A stretch of 64,000 bases of DNA, from assembly GCA_024685775.1 (NCBI GenBank), contig JAIKVL010000007.1, positions 15,627 to 79,626 on the forward strand, read 5' to 3'. The stretch's first letter is position 1; each line of letters opens with the position of its first letter. The position numbers and the translations under genes are program-made. The stretch is from Clostridia bacterium. Lineage in GTDB: Bacteria; Bacillota; Clostridia; Christensenellales; CAG-1252. The notes beneath the pieces are model-generated. The model had not been told where the DNA came from and did not search any database. It worked only from the letters and a program-made list of their open reading frames with translations. Positions 54,301-62,498 of this stretch are shown here, piece after piece.

Positions 54301-56390
54301 TTTTGCTTTATTCGAATGAGCTGAGCTGGTCGGGCGCGCCGAGAAGCCTTCTCAGGATTTGCAAAGTTCTTCTTCGTTACGGTTATGACGTGGAAGTATG
54401 GTCTTTATATGACGGCGACCTTAGGAAAGAATACGAGAAATTAAAAGTTCCCGTTAAGATTTGCGATTACAATAACGCGGATTATGCCTATGCTTTTGAT
54501 ACTTTCGATTTGTGTATCGTAAACGCTGCCGTTTCCTATAAGTTCTATTACATCATTCAACAGTATCTTCCCACGGTTTGGTATATTCGCGAAGCGACGA
54601 ATTTGCAGGATCTTTGTATCGGAAATAAGGGAATGGCGGAAGTTTTGCAAAGTTCGTTGGATATGGTGTGTGTCAGCGAATACGCAAAGTCCTACATTGT
54701 GAAATCCTACAACGAGAACGTGCAAGTCGTGCCGAACTGCGTCGAAGATAAAGCGAATCTCGATTACGTCAAGCCTAAAACGAAAGAAGTCGTTTTCCTG
54801 ACGTTGGGCACGATCGAACCGCGCAAAGGGTACGACATCATTATTGAAGCGATGGAGACCCTCCCCGAAGAGTATAAAGGATCGGTCAAGTTTGTGTTCG
54901 CAGGGCGCGTCTTGGATTTTTGCAAGGACTGGGCTCTGAACGTTATCGAAAGATCAAAGGAATTGCCGAATGTCGAATATTTGGGTGAGGTCACGGAGGA
55001 AGAAAAACTCCACGAACTCTATCGAAATAGCGACGTGGTCGTCGTCGCTTCGAGAGATGAATCCTGTTCGTTGGTGGCTCTTGAAGGCACGATGCACGGT
55101 AAACCCTTGATCGTTACGGAGAATACCGGCGCGAAGTATATGGTGACCGACGAAAACGGTTATATTATTAAGACGGCGGATGCGCAGGCGCTTCAAGAGA
55201 GTATGCTCTCTTTCGTAAGCAAATCCGAGAGCGAATTGACTTCGATGGGAAAAGCGTCTCGCGAGAGATACGAGCAACTCGCCAATATGGAAGTCTACGA
55301 CAAGAATATTCTCGCAATGGTCGAGAATAAGATCAAAGTCGAACATAAGACTCTTGAAAAGCCGCAAACCGATAAACCGATCATTCCGATCATTCTTGCG
55401 ACGAATTCCGGATATGCGCCGTATGCGGGCGTTACGATTCAATCCGTTTTGGAAAACGGTAGCAAAGATTACTTCTATGATTTTTATATCTTTTATACGG
55501 AACTCGGCGAAGAAACACTCAGAAAACTGAACGTCGTTAACGATAATTATCGCATTACGACTTTTAACATTTCTTCGTATCTGAATAACGATATGCATTT
55601 GAAGACTTGCGCGCATTACACGACGGAGACCTACTATCGTTTCTTCTGCCCGAAGATCCTTCCGTTCTATGATAAGGTTATCTACTTGGATTGTGATTTG
55701 ATCGTTTTGGATGATATCAGCAAAATGTTCGAAATCGATCTCGGCGGGAAGGCGATCGGCGCTGTTCATAATTATATGAATCAATTCGTCGTTGGGTACG
55801 TCAAGAAAATGAATTTGGATCCGGAAGCCTACTTCAATGCGGGCGTCTTGGTTATTGATACCAAGAAATTTGCCGAGAATAAGGTCAGAGAGCGCGCGTT
55901 CCGCACTTTGGCGCAACACCCCGAGTTTATTATGCTGGATCAGGACGCGTTGAATATCGTTTGTAAAGACGACGTCGTCTTTATTCCGAACCGTTGGAAC
56001 GTCCAATGGCATCATTTCGAGGCGAAATGTGACGTCGTAATCGATAAACAGCGTTGCTTGGATGCTTATGCGGCGCCTGCCATTTTGCATTTTACAGGGA
56101 AAAACAAGCCTTGGAATGATGCGAAAATCCCCAAAGCCTTCCTGTTCTGGGAGATCGCGCAAAAGACGGACTTCTTGTTTGAGATTCTGAAAAAGATGCA
56201 GACCAACGTCTATGTTTTAAATGGCGGCGATAAAGGAAGAGTGTCGCAAGGGTCGAGCGCGGGAAATAAGACGAAAAAAGGTTTTCGTTATTACGTTCGC
56301 AGATTCAATAAACTTGCGAAAACGTACGGTCTTTTCTTCGCGATCAAGAAGACGATTTTATTCTTAAAAAAGAGGAGAAACCGGGAATGA
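51339..56390 (+). CDS. 1683-aa multidomain glycan synthase: degenerate GT2 - HAD phosphatase - phosphoribosyltransferase-like - GT4 - GT8
   Basis: SFDMFDTL 52281 and HIGDN 52809 (HAD); FVARDG 53190 and LFDAGYTGRS 53610 (PRT-like); EPRKG and EX7E ESCSLVALE 55059 (GT4); YYRF, LDCD, FNAGV, DQDALN, HFTGKNKPW (GT8). Confidence 0.85.
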   Translation: MKIDFENEPLVSVLVFGKKSQKLNDNERSVLNNQTYKNLQTVIVPDEGKTIEGIIEALSLVKGEYVCFWDINNLLSKDFIRALVVAANDSGADFVLSDVSRVEDEKYMEYNLDPLRRADLSKKGNEIINFFVEYWFRFWGVYDVWNKLIRSSLIAPISDCLNTYSTYKNNDEGFQTISRYVLSFSIWNSATYLINEHNVYAYCRRAPRMTSAPLKTIRQFKKLYEILFCALRMNDVDDRGLRIYLGRFVASEFSLDLRNNAIYNELKYFSAEPTCLQKSDQYFYSAETKIPNIFHVEERLKLAIADPKTKVVSFDMFDTLVYRPLFYTIDVFSLLNKDFNDRIKSTSVVDFAYLRQTAEKVARENARKKKIEEITIYDIYRTLHRLYGIEEEVCTYMLNRELETELSVCKAKPSMKKIFDLANYYKKTILISTDMYLPAETIHKILAANGYENYRLYLSSELKKTKGSGAMFKKIIEDFKAENCLPSEIIHIGDNYSSDFKNAQEKGLVAFHINSSVNVFKGGNLTCYGGESYKNLYTKNTFFAKNQWQIDHYLGLRMFCGLVANKCFDYPAISMNGDSDFDANPNYVGYYCLGGLLLGLTRWLLDETKNKGVSTIHFVARDGWLLKRFYDIYTANMPDAPKSNYLYISRKSLFTLDINGVDDLLAVLNNKLSANASSPRKILDLLKPIIKKDQFKRLQLEVMRDYDYEAPFEKNINYTYFITAFIRKNKNCFDFVTDKERARAYFGEIIKEGDVLFDAGYTGRSESTISSLLGFPVNAFYLHSNGDVLDQREQRFGFETKCFYPWRPNNTGIIREHVLMEYAPSVIGYDFDAEGNKVVFGEFQEDVCVKWFTERLQSAALDFCRDFLDAFGNYLDRFYVSNYTLSMPMEYFLHMAKPFDRKIFEALSFEDDIGVGGTTNATDFWQSKISELNANLMSAKKGAAPSSSDKQKGTFELVDNNVLKRITDGLKLPPQPLVKVKEKRKNKILLYSNELSWSGAPRSLLRICKVLLRYGYDVEVWSLYDGDLRKEYEKLKVPVKICDYNNADYAYAFDTFDLCIVNAAVSYKFYYIIQQYLPTVWYIREATNLQDLCIGNKGMAEVLQSSLDMVCVSEYAKSYIVKSYNENVQVVPNCVEDKANLDYVKPKTKEVVFLTLGTIEPRKGYDIIIEAMETLPEEYKGSVKFVFAGRVLDFCKDWALNVIERSKELPNVEYLGEVTEEEKLHELYRNSDVVVVASRDESCSLVALEGTMHGKPLIVTENTGAKYMVTDENGYIIKTADAQALQESMLSFVSKSESELTSMGKASRERYEQLANMEVYDKNILAMVENKIKVEHKTLEKPQTDKPIIPIILATNSGYAPYAGVTIQSVLENGSKDYFYDFYIFYTELGEETLRKLNVVNDNYRITTFNISSYLNNDMHLKTCAHYTTETYYRFFCPKILPFYDKVIYLDCDLIVLDDISKMFEIDLGGKAIGAVHNYMNQFVVGYVKKMNLDPEAYFNAGVLVIDTKKFAENKVRERAFRTLAQHPEFIMLDQDALNIVCKDDVVFIPNRWNVQWHHFEAKCDVVIDKQRCLDAYAAPAILHFTGKNKPWNDAKIPKAFLFWEIAQKTDFLFEILKKMQTNVYVLNGGDKGRVSQGSSAGNKTKKGFRYYVRRFNKLAKTYGLFFAIKKTILFLKKRRNRE

Positions 56391-57745
56391 ATCAGTTCTT
56401 CTGCGATAAGATGAATAACATTCAGATCACCGATTGGGTCAAAAAGGAACTTGGCGCAAATCGTTTTAAGATGTTTGATCATAATGTGAGTTATTTGAAT
56501 GATTCGGGATTGACCGTTGATGTTGAACACATTTCGAACTTTCCGCAAGGTCGCTTTAAACTCAATTTCAAGGGGAAATCTTTTGATGTTTTTTTTAATT
56601 TTAAACCTCAAAAACCACTTTACGTTTTTTTGAACGGTTGGTTGATGGATACTTATCCCGAGTTTAAGCGTTGGTATTGGTATACGTTTATCGAAGGCAG
56701 CGTATTGAATATCGCCGATCCGATGCTTAGGGATTACAATGATCTTCGTTTGGGATGGTACTATGGTTCAAAGTCTTTTGATTACAGGCGTTGTATCGCC
56801 GAGATGGTGACGCTGATTGCAACGCAACTGAAAATAAAAAAGAAAGATATCATTTTATACGGTTCGTCGGGCGGCGGTGCCGCTTGTTTTGAGATCGCTT
56901 CTTTGATCCCGGGGTCGACCTGCGTCGCAATCAATGCACAGTTGTATTTGGAATCGTTTTCTTATTATGATCGGTTTAAGTCCATTACGCAACTGGATCC
57001 TCTTCACGATCCTTTGAAAAGGAATAATATTGAGCATTGGATAAAGCTCAATAATAAAACCCGTTACATTTTGGTGGAAAACGTTTTATCGGAGAATGAC
57101 CGAGACAACATAATGCGGCTGAGCCAATCGTTAAACTTCCCAATTCGATATGGCATATCAAAAGAGAAGAATATCATCGTGTGGTGTTATTCAGCGGAAG
57201 CGGATGACCCGCATAATGCGCAGGAAGACTGCTATGTGCATTTTCAAATAATGCAATTGCTCAATCTGTTCGACAAGCCCGGCGATTTTGACTCGTATAA
57301 ATCGCTGTATATGCTTTTCTCGGAAATGTGGTATAACAAATGGAAAGACTTGCTGCTTTCCAACGAACAAAATGAATCGATTATTGATTTGAATTCAAAT
57401 CAAACCGAACCCGTTTACGAAAAAAAGCAATTTATTTTGGTAGCGACGGATTCGAGTTATAATGCGTTCGTTTTTCCGAATTCGTTAGAGGAATCCACGC
57501 GTTATTTGATTCGTATTCAGGGTGCGAAATTGAGCGGAGCGGAAAACTATGTCATTGCAATTAAAGACCGAAGAAAGAATGACCTTATTTGGTCGTGCGA
57601 GTTGAAAGACGGGGATTCCGTTACCGAGTTTATCACCGGATCGCGGGTGAAGTGTCTTGAATTAAAGATATACGCAGGGGTTCCTTGGAAGACGAATAAC
57701 GTTGGACTTTCGATCGAAAATTTGTCGATCGAAAAGTTCGTTTAA
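56387..57745 (+). CDS. alpha/beta-hydrolase-fold protein of polysaccharide locus with C-terminal beta-rich domain
   Basis: Nucleophile elbow ILYGSSGGGAA, AINAQ, later H; start overlaps the upstream stop (ATGA); AT-rich. Confidence 0.65.
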   Translation: MNQFFCDKMNNIQITDWVKKELGANRFKMFDHNVSYLNDSGLTVDVEHISNFPQGRFKLNFKGKSFDVFFNFKPQKPLYVFLNGWLMDTYPEFKRWYWYTFIEGSVLNIADPMLRDYNDLRLGWYYGSKSFDYRRCIAEMVTLIATQLKIKKKDIILYGSSGGGAACFEIASLIPGSTCVAINAQLYLESFSYYDRFKSITQLDPLHDPLKRNNIEHWIKLNNKTRYILVENVLSENDRDNIMRLSQSLNFPIRYGISKEKNIIVWCYSAEADDPHNAQEDCYVHFQIMQLLNLFDKPGDFDSYKSLYMLFSEMWYNKWKDLLLSNEQNESIIDLNSNQTEPVYEKKQFILVATDSSYNAFVFPNSLEESTRYLIRIQGAKLSGAENYVIAIKDRRKNDLIWSCELKDGDSVTEFITGSRVKCLELKIYAGVPWKTNNVGLSIENLSIEKFV

Positions 57746-57842
57746 TCAATTATCTCAAATTCTCTTTGTAGACAAAATAAAAAAGTCCTCGGTTTTATAA
57801 ATCAATCGGAGTAAGTGTGATTTGAAAACGAGGACTTGTTTT

Positions 57843-58589
57843 TTAAAGCATTTCTTTTAATTGTTGGGCAAGATTTCTATAATAATCATCCGTATAGTGA
57901 ACGGGGAATAATCCCAATTTGTGATTGGCATTTCCGATGGGCTCGTCTTTCGATAAAAGCACTTTTGCTTTCGGTAATGCTTTTATAAAAAGATTTGTAA
58001 CCTTGTGAGTAAGTTCGCGATCCTTTGTATATTCGTCCAAATGATCGAACGTCTTGAATACATTGTTTTCGTCAACGTATTGCTGTGCATATAAAAAATC
58101 ATTGATAATGATATTTTCTTCGTCGTATTTTCCCCGAATAATTGCGATGAAGCGTTGGACTAAATTTTCCCATTCTTCATCGGATATGGTTTGCGGAGAT
58201 TTTATGGTATAATCAATGATTTTTTGACTCTTAAGAGCGTTAAGGGTCGGTTTCGTTGTTAAACTGTTACAAATGCAATACTTTTCTAAACCATTAATGC
58301 ACAAAATGTTTGATCTGCAATCGTAAGTATCGATCATTAAGTATTTGGCTTTGAAGTTTTCTTGAAAATATGGTACGGCTTGCTTGTAAAAATTCAATTT
58401 TGCCATTCTGCGAGTAAAATTGGACGTTGCCAGTATTTGATCGTCTTCGATAGGCCAAGGCTCTCCGAAGAGAGTTTGGATTGGATTCTGCAAAATATGA
58501 TAACCGACCTTGAAATCGGTTGTAAAGTTGAAGATTTCTCTTGATACGCAGGCACCCCAAATATCTATAACCGGCTTATTCTCATTCAT
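57843..58589 (-). CDS. DUF6270-like (SGNH-like) protein
   Basis: IDIWGACVSREIF N-terminal motif, YLMID, HKLGLFPVHYTDDYY C-terminal motif; AT-rich. Confidence 0.65.
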   Translation of the reverse strand: MNENKPVIDIWGACVSREIFNFTTDFKVGYHILQNPIQTLFGEPWPIEDDQILATSNFTRRMAKLNFYKQAVPYFQENFKAKYLMIDTYDCRSNILCINGLEKYCICNSLTTKPTLNALKSQKIIDYTIKSPQTISDEEWENLVQRFIAIIRGKYDEENIIINDFLYAQQYVDENNVFKTFDHLDEYTKDRELTHKVTNLFIKALPKAKVLLSKDEPIGNANHKLGLFPVHYTDDYYRNLAQQLKEML

Positions 58590-58849
58590 AACTTTATCCT
58601 CTCTCTTAGTGTAACACTAACAATTATATAATAGTATTTATAACCCAAACCGTCAAGGAGAAAATTGCTCTCGACGGATATGTGTGAGAGGAGCAAAGCG
58701 CCGAAAGAATCGTACGAGCCTCTTTTAGAAGGAATTACCGTTGTTGATTTTGTTATACTATAAAAATTGAAATTGCTATTGACCTCATAAGAATTTCGAT
58801 GATAAACTATAAATAATATTGATTCCTGCTTTTTTAAGTAGAAAATCAA

Positions 58850-58924
58850 AATGCCGACTTGTCCTGTAAAACTATCAACGTGGAGCTTTCGATCGAAAAA
58901 TTGACGATCGAGAAATATGTATAA
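58850..58924 (+). pseudogene. relic 3' end of a homologue of the 452-aa hydrolase gene
   Basis: 58877-58924 encodes NVELSIEKLTIEKYV* versus NVGLSIENLSIEKFV* at 57698-57745; 38/48 nt identical, same stop position. Confidence 0.75.
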
Positions 58925-58925
58925 A

Positions 58926-59939
58926 ATGTCAGAAGTATCCGTTTCCGTAATCGTACCTTTCTATGATAATTCCGAGTTTTTGAAGCCGTGCTTGAAGAGC
59001 ATTCAACGGCAGACTTTGAAAAATTTGGAAGTCATTTTGGTGAGCGACGGCGCTGATCCCAAACTTTTGGGGTCGGTTCGATCCTTTTTGTCGGATGATC
59101 GTTTCGTCTTGTTGGAAGAGTCTCACAAAGGAGTCTCTGCCGCGCGGAATTTAGGTATCGAGCGCGCGCACGGGAAATATATTGCTTTTATGGATTCGGA
59201 CGATTTTTATCCGAATAAACGGACGTTGCAGCGGCTTTTCGAGACTGCCGAAAGAGAGAATGCTCGGATTTGCGGTGGTTCGCTTGCCGAATGCAGGGAC
59301 GGTTTGTTGGTGCAATCGTTCGGAGAAGATTCGTTCGGGTTCCTTTTCCGCGAAGAAGGTTGGCGCGATTATTCCGATTATCAATTCGATTTGGGGTTCT
59401 ATCGCTTTATCTATGATCGAAACCTGTTGATCGATAACGCGATCGTTTTTCCGCCCTATATCCGCTATCAAGATCCTCTCTTTTTTATAAAAGCGATGCG
59501 CGAAGCTAAGTCGTTTTACGCCGTTCCCGACGTTACCTATTGCTATCGAGTCGGGCATCAATCGAGACTTTACGAATGGAGCGAAGATAAGTGGTCCGAT
59601 TATTGCAAAGCGATTTTGCAAGAAATGAATCTTGCGAAAGAATTTGGTTATGACGGATTGCTTGAAGTCGCTTGGAAGAGATGCCTTTTCGCTGCGTCAA
59701 TTTTGTCTATGACTCCGTTTTCGAGCCGATATTCGGAATCGTTGAATGCTGCGCTTGTTGAAAAAAAAGACGGCTTCACCGAGAAAGATTTGTTGGTGGA
59801 AGAGCGACGCGTGCTCGGTCGGGAATTGAAGAAAGCGCAGGATGAGATCGACTCGATTCGAAGTTCTCGGACGTACAGATTAGGGCGTCTTCTTACTTTT
59901 TTACCTCGTTTGTTAAAGGAAAAAAAACATCGGGAATAA
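58926..59939 (+). CDS. GT2 glycosyltransferase
   Basis: VSVIVPFYD, CLKSIQRQTL, GVSAARNLG, YIAFMDSDD, YQD; C-terminal coiled coil SSRTYRLG; alternative ATG 58917. Confidence 0.92.
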   Translation: MSEVSVSVIVPFYDNSEFLKPCLKSIQRQTLKNLEVILVSDGADPKLLGSVRSFLSDDRFVLLEESHKGVSAARNLGIERAHGKYIAFMDSDDFYPNKRTLQRLFETAERENARICGGSLAECRDGLLVQSFGEDSFGFLFREEGWRDYSDYQFDLGFYRFIYDRNLLIDNAIVFPPYIRYQDPLFFIKAMREAKSFYAVPDVTYCYRVGHQSRLYEWSEDKWSDYCKAILQEMNLAKEFGYDGLLEVAWKRCLFAASILSMTPFSSRYSESLNAALVEKKDGFTEKDLLVEERRVLGRELKKAQDEIDSIRSSRTYRLGRLLTFLPRLLKEKKHRE

Positions 59940-59984
59940 TTCGGATGCTTTTAGAAAAAGGCTTGTCATAATCTCGGGTCGGAA

Positions 59985-60299
59985 ATGCAAATGACGGATT
60001 TTCAGAGGCGGGTTTTGGAATTTCTTTTGACCGTTCCGAAAGGGGAGGTCGTGACGTATGGGCAGATCGCCCGCGCGCTCGGGAAGCCGAAGGCGGCAAG
60101 GGCGGTCGGGAACGCGCTGCATCGGAATCCGGACGGCGAAAAGTACCCCTGTTATAAGGTCGTTCGCGCGGACGGATCGCTTTCTCCCGCCTATGCTTTC
60201 GGCGGGGTCGCCGCGCAGCGAGAACGCCTTCTTTCGGAAGGGATCGCCGTTCAAGGCGATCGGGTGGATCTTTCGAAAACCCCGCGCCGTCTCTCTTGA
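59985..60299 (+). CDS. MGMT/Ogt DNA-binding-domain-only protein
   Basis: VPKGEVVTYGQIA, ARAVGNAL, PCYKVV, QRERLLSEG. Confidence 0.88.
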   Translation: MQMTDFQRRVLEFLLTVPKGEVVTYGQIARALGKPKAARAVGNALHRNPDGEKYPCYKVVRADGSLSPAYAFGGVAAQRERLLSEGIAVQGDRVDLSKTPRRLS

Positions 60300-60473
60300 A
60301 AACGCCCCTCGTTTCTCCGCACGGTTCGTTTTTTCTTGCGGCGGGGCGCTTCGACGAAAAGGAAGAATTTACGGCGAAAGAACCGCTTTCCCCGTTCGCT
60401 CGAAGAAGGAATGCGGGTCGGAAAAATTTTCGGGAAATATCTTGAAAATCCGATTTTTTTGCCTTCCAAAAAC

Positions 60474-60502
60474 TTGACAGGATTTTTTTATTTTATTAAA
60501 AT
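60474..60502 (+). promoter_or_regulatory. sigma-A promoter of rplM-rpsI
   Basis: TTGACA-17-TAAAAT. Confidence 0.85.
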
Positions 60503-60527
60503 AATATAGCTTATGCGTGGAAAAGGC

Positions 60528-60575
60528 AAAATTAGCCCCTTTGACCCGCCCTCGCGGAGTAAATATTATCGGAGG
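60528..60575 (+). ncRNA. possible L13 ribosomal protein leader
   Basis: 80-nt leader containing ATTAGCCCC, as in Firmicute rplM leaders; structure not verified. Confidence 0.35.
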
Positions 60576-60582
60576 AAAATCC

Positions 60583-61011
60583 ATGAAGACTTTTATGGCA
60601 AAGCCTGAAACGGTGGAAAGAAAGTGGTACGTCGTGGACGCGACCAATATGGTTCTCGGTCGTCTTGCGTCGAACGTCGCTGCGGTTCTCCGCGGCAAGA
60701 ATAAGCCCATCTTTACCCCGAACGTCGACACAGGCGATTACGTTATCATCATCAACGCGGATAAAGTCCGCTTGACCGGCAAAAAGCTCGAACAAAAGTA
60801 CTACCGTTATCACACCGGCTATATCGGCGGTTTGAAGGAGATCCAATACAAAGAATTGATGGCGAAGAAACCCGTCCTTGCGGTCGAACTCGCGATCAAA
60901 GGTATGCTCCCGAAAAACTCGATCGGCAGACAGATGTTCAGAAAGCTCAAAGTGTATAGCGGCGGCGAGCATCCCCATGCGGCGCAACAGCCTGCCGAAC
61001 TCAAATTCTAA
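60583..61011 (+). CDS. rplM: 50S ribosomal protein L13
   Basis: RKWYVVDA...LGRLAS...[21 protein letters not shown]; SD GGAGG. Confidence 0.99.
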   Translation: MKTFMAKPETVERKWYVVDATNMVLGRLASNVAAVLRGKNKPIFTPNVDTGDYVIIINADKVRLTGKKLEQKYYRYHTGYIGGLKEIQYKELMAKKPVLAVELAIKGMLPKNSIGRQMFRKLKVYSGGEHPHAAQQPAELKF

Positions 61012-61024
61012 GTGAGGTGAAAGT

Positions 61025-61444
61025 ATGGCAACGAAGAAAGCGTTAAAGAAAAAATTGCAATATTGGGGAACCGGCCGCAGAAAGAAGGCGATCGCTCGCG
61101 TTCGCTTGATCCCCCAAGGCAGCGGCAACATCGTCATCAATAAGCGCACGATCGACGAGTACTTCGGCGGTCTCGAAGTTATGAAGCTCGTCGTCCGTCA
61201 ACCCCTTGAACTGACGTCCACGCTCGAAAAGTTCGACGTCGCGGTCAACGTCCTCGGCGGCGGCCCCAGCGGTCAAGCCGGTGCGATCCGCCACGGCATC
61301 GCTCGCGCGCTCGTCATCGCGGACCCCGAACTCAAATCCCAAATCAAGTCCGCGGGCTTCCTGACCCGTGACCCGAGAATGAAGGAGAGAAAGAAGTACG
61401 GTCTTAAAAAGGCTCGTAAGGCTCCGCAATTCAGCAAGCGTTAA
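61025..61444 (+). CDS. rpsI: 30S ribosomal protein S9
   Basis: [45 protein letters not shown]. Confidence 0.99.
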   Translation: MATKKALKKKLQYWGTGRRKKAIARVRLIPQGSGNIVINKRTIDEYFGGLEVMKLVVRQPLELTSTLEKFDVAVNVLGGGPSGQAGAIRHGIARALVIADPELKSQIKSAGFLTRDPRMKERKKYGLKKARKAPQFSKR

Positions 61445-61459
61445 TCGTTTTACGCAATC

Positions 61460-61494
61460 AAAAATTCCCGAAGTCATCCTTCGGGAATTTTTTT
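61460..61494. terminator. bidirectional terminator after rpsI
   Basis: AAAAATTCCCGAAG-tcatc-CTTCGGGAATTTTT. Confidence 0.9.
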
Positions 61495-61513
61495 ATCCGA
61501 ATTTTGTTTGCGG

Positions 61514-62419
61514 TCACTCCTCGCAGAGAATGTTTTGGATCTTGCCGCCGTCGAAGGTGAAGTCGTAGGTGATAGAGACGGTGCGGTCGGGGAGCCTTTT
61601 TTGGACGGCGATCGCGGTTTCGGACGAGGTAAAGAGGGGGTCGCGGATTTTGTCGAACGCGCCGAAATATCGCTTGATCTCTTCGGCGTTCGCGATCTCT
61701 GGGGAGAGGTAAGAGAGAATATCCTCTTCGTCGCCTGCAAGGGCGGCTTCGAGAAGCAGCCGACCCGCGTTCCTCTCGCCGAAAACGGGGGACGCGCCGC
61801 GCTCGAACGTGCGCTCCGTTAACGCGAAGGACGCGCCTTGCCAAAAGTAGCGCGAAATTCGGGTGCGATCCCGCGCGTCGAAAAGCCTCTCCTTGATCGT
61901 GACGTCGTTCCCTTTGGTCTCGATCTCGCCCGCGCCTTCGAGAAGGAGCTTCGCTCCCTCGCGGGTCAATGCGAACAGCGCGATATAATCACCGATCTCG
62001 GTTTTCGCCCGAAGGTCGAGGATCGCCGCGCTTTGCCCCGAGAGGATCTCGGCGCGCGCGTTCGTCAGATCGCGGCTTGGAAAAAACTCCGTTCGCGCGC
62101 TGCTTTCGATCGCGATCGATCCGTTCGCTCCCTCTCGGATCTCCACGCGGATGGGTTGCCCGTAGGTCGAAAGCTCGATGACTTTCGGAGATGCGATCCT
62201 TCGGACGGGCGGTCGGATCTCGACTCCTTTTTTCCAATAGATCGCCCGAAACGCCCCTTTTTCGAATCGGATTTCGCCGCCGATTTCCTCGATCGGGGCG
62301 CATCCCGCGCCGCTTCGCGCGATATAGGAAAGCAACTTTTTCTCGTTTTCGATCTTGAATCCCCGCCGAACGGGAAACCCGTCGATAAAAAACTGCCCGT
62401 CGAAAACCAGAACTTCCAT
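61514..62419 (-). CDS. hypothetical protein
   Basis: 301-aa ORF in host codon style with SD-like AAAGGCGG; ends at the shared terminator; C-terminus looks like a small alpha/beta (NTF2-like) domain. Confidence 0.7.
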   Translation of the reverse strand: MEVLVFDGQFFIDGFPVRRGFKIENEKKLLSYIARSGAGCAPIEEIGGEIRFEKGAFRAIYWKKGVEIRPPVRRIASPKVIELSTYGQPIRVEIREGANGSIAIESSARTEFFPSRDLTNARAEILSGQSAAILDLRAKTEIGDYIALFALTREGAKLLLEGAGEIETKGNDVTIKERLFDARDRTRISRYFWQGASFALTERTFERGASPVFGERNAGRLLLEAALAGDEEDILSYLSPEIANAEEIKRYFGAFDKIRDPLFTSSETAIAVQKRLPDRTVSITYDFTFDGGKIQNILCEE

Positions 62420-62498
62420 ACGATTACCGCCTTTCTTTTTTTTCTATAATGTATTCTTTTTTATTTCAAAATAGTCGCGCGCGGAGTATAATAAGACT

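Noticed and set aside
58586-58849. 87-aa minus-strand ORF
   Set aside because: No SD or motif, AT-rich intergenic composition; overlaps the probable decayed plus-strand relic and the DUF6270 upstream region.
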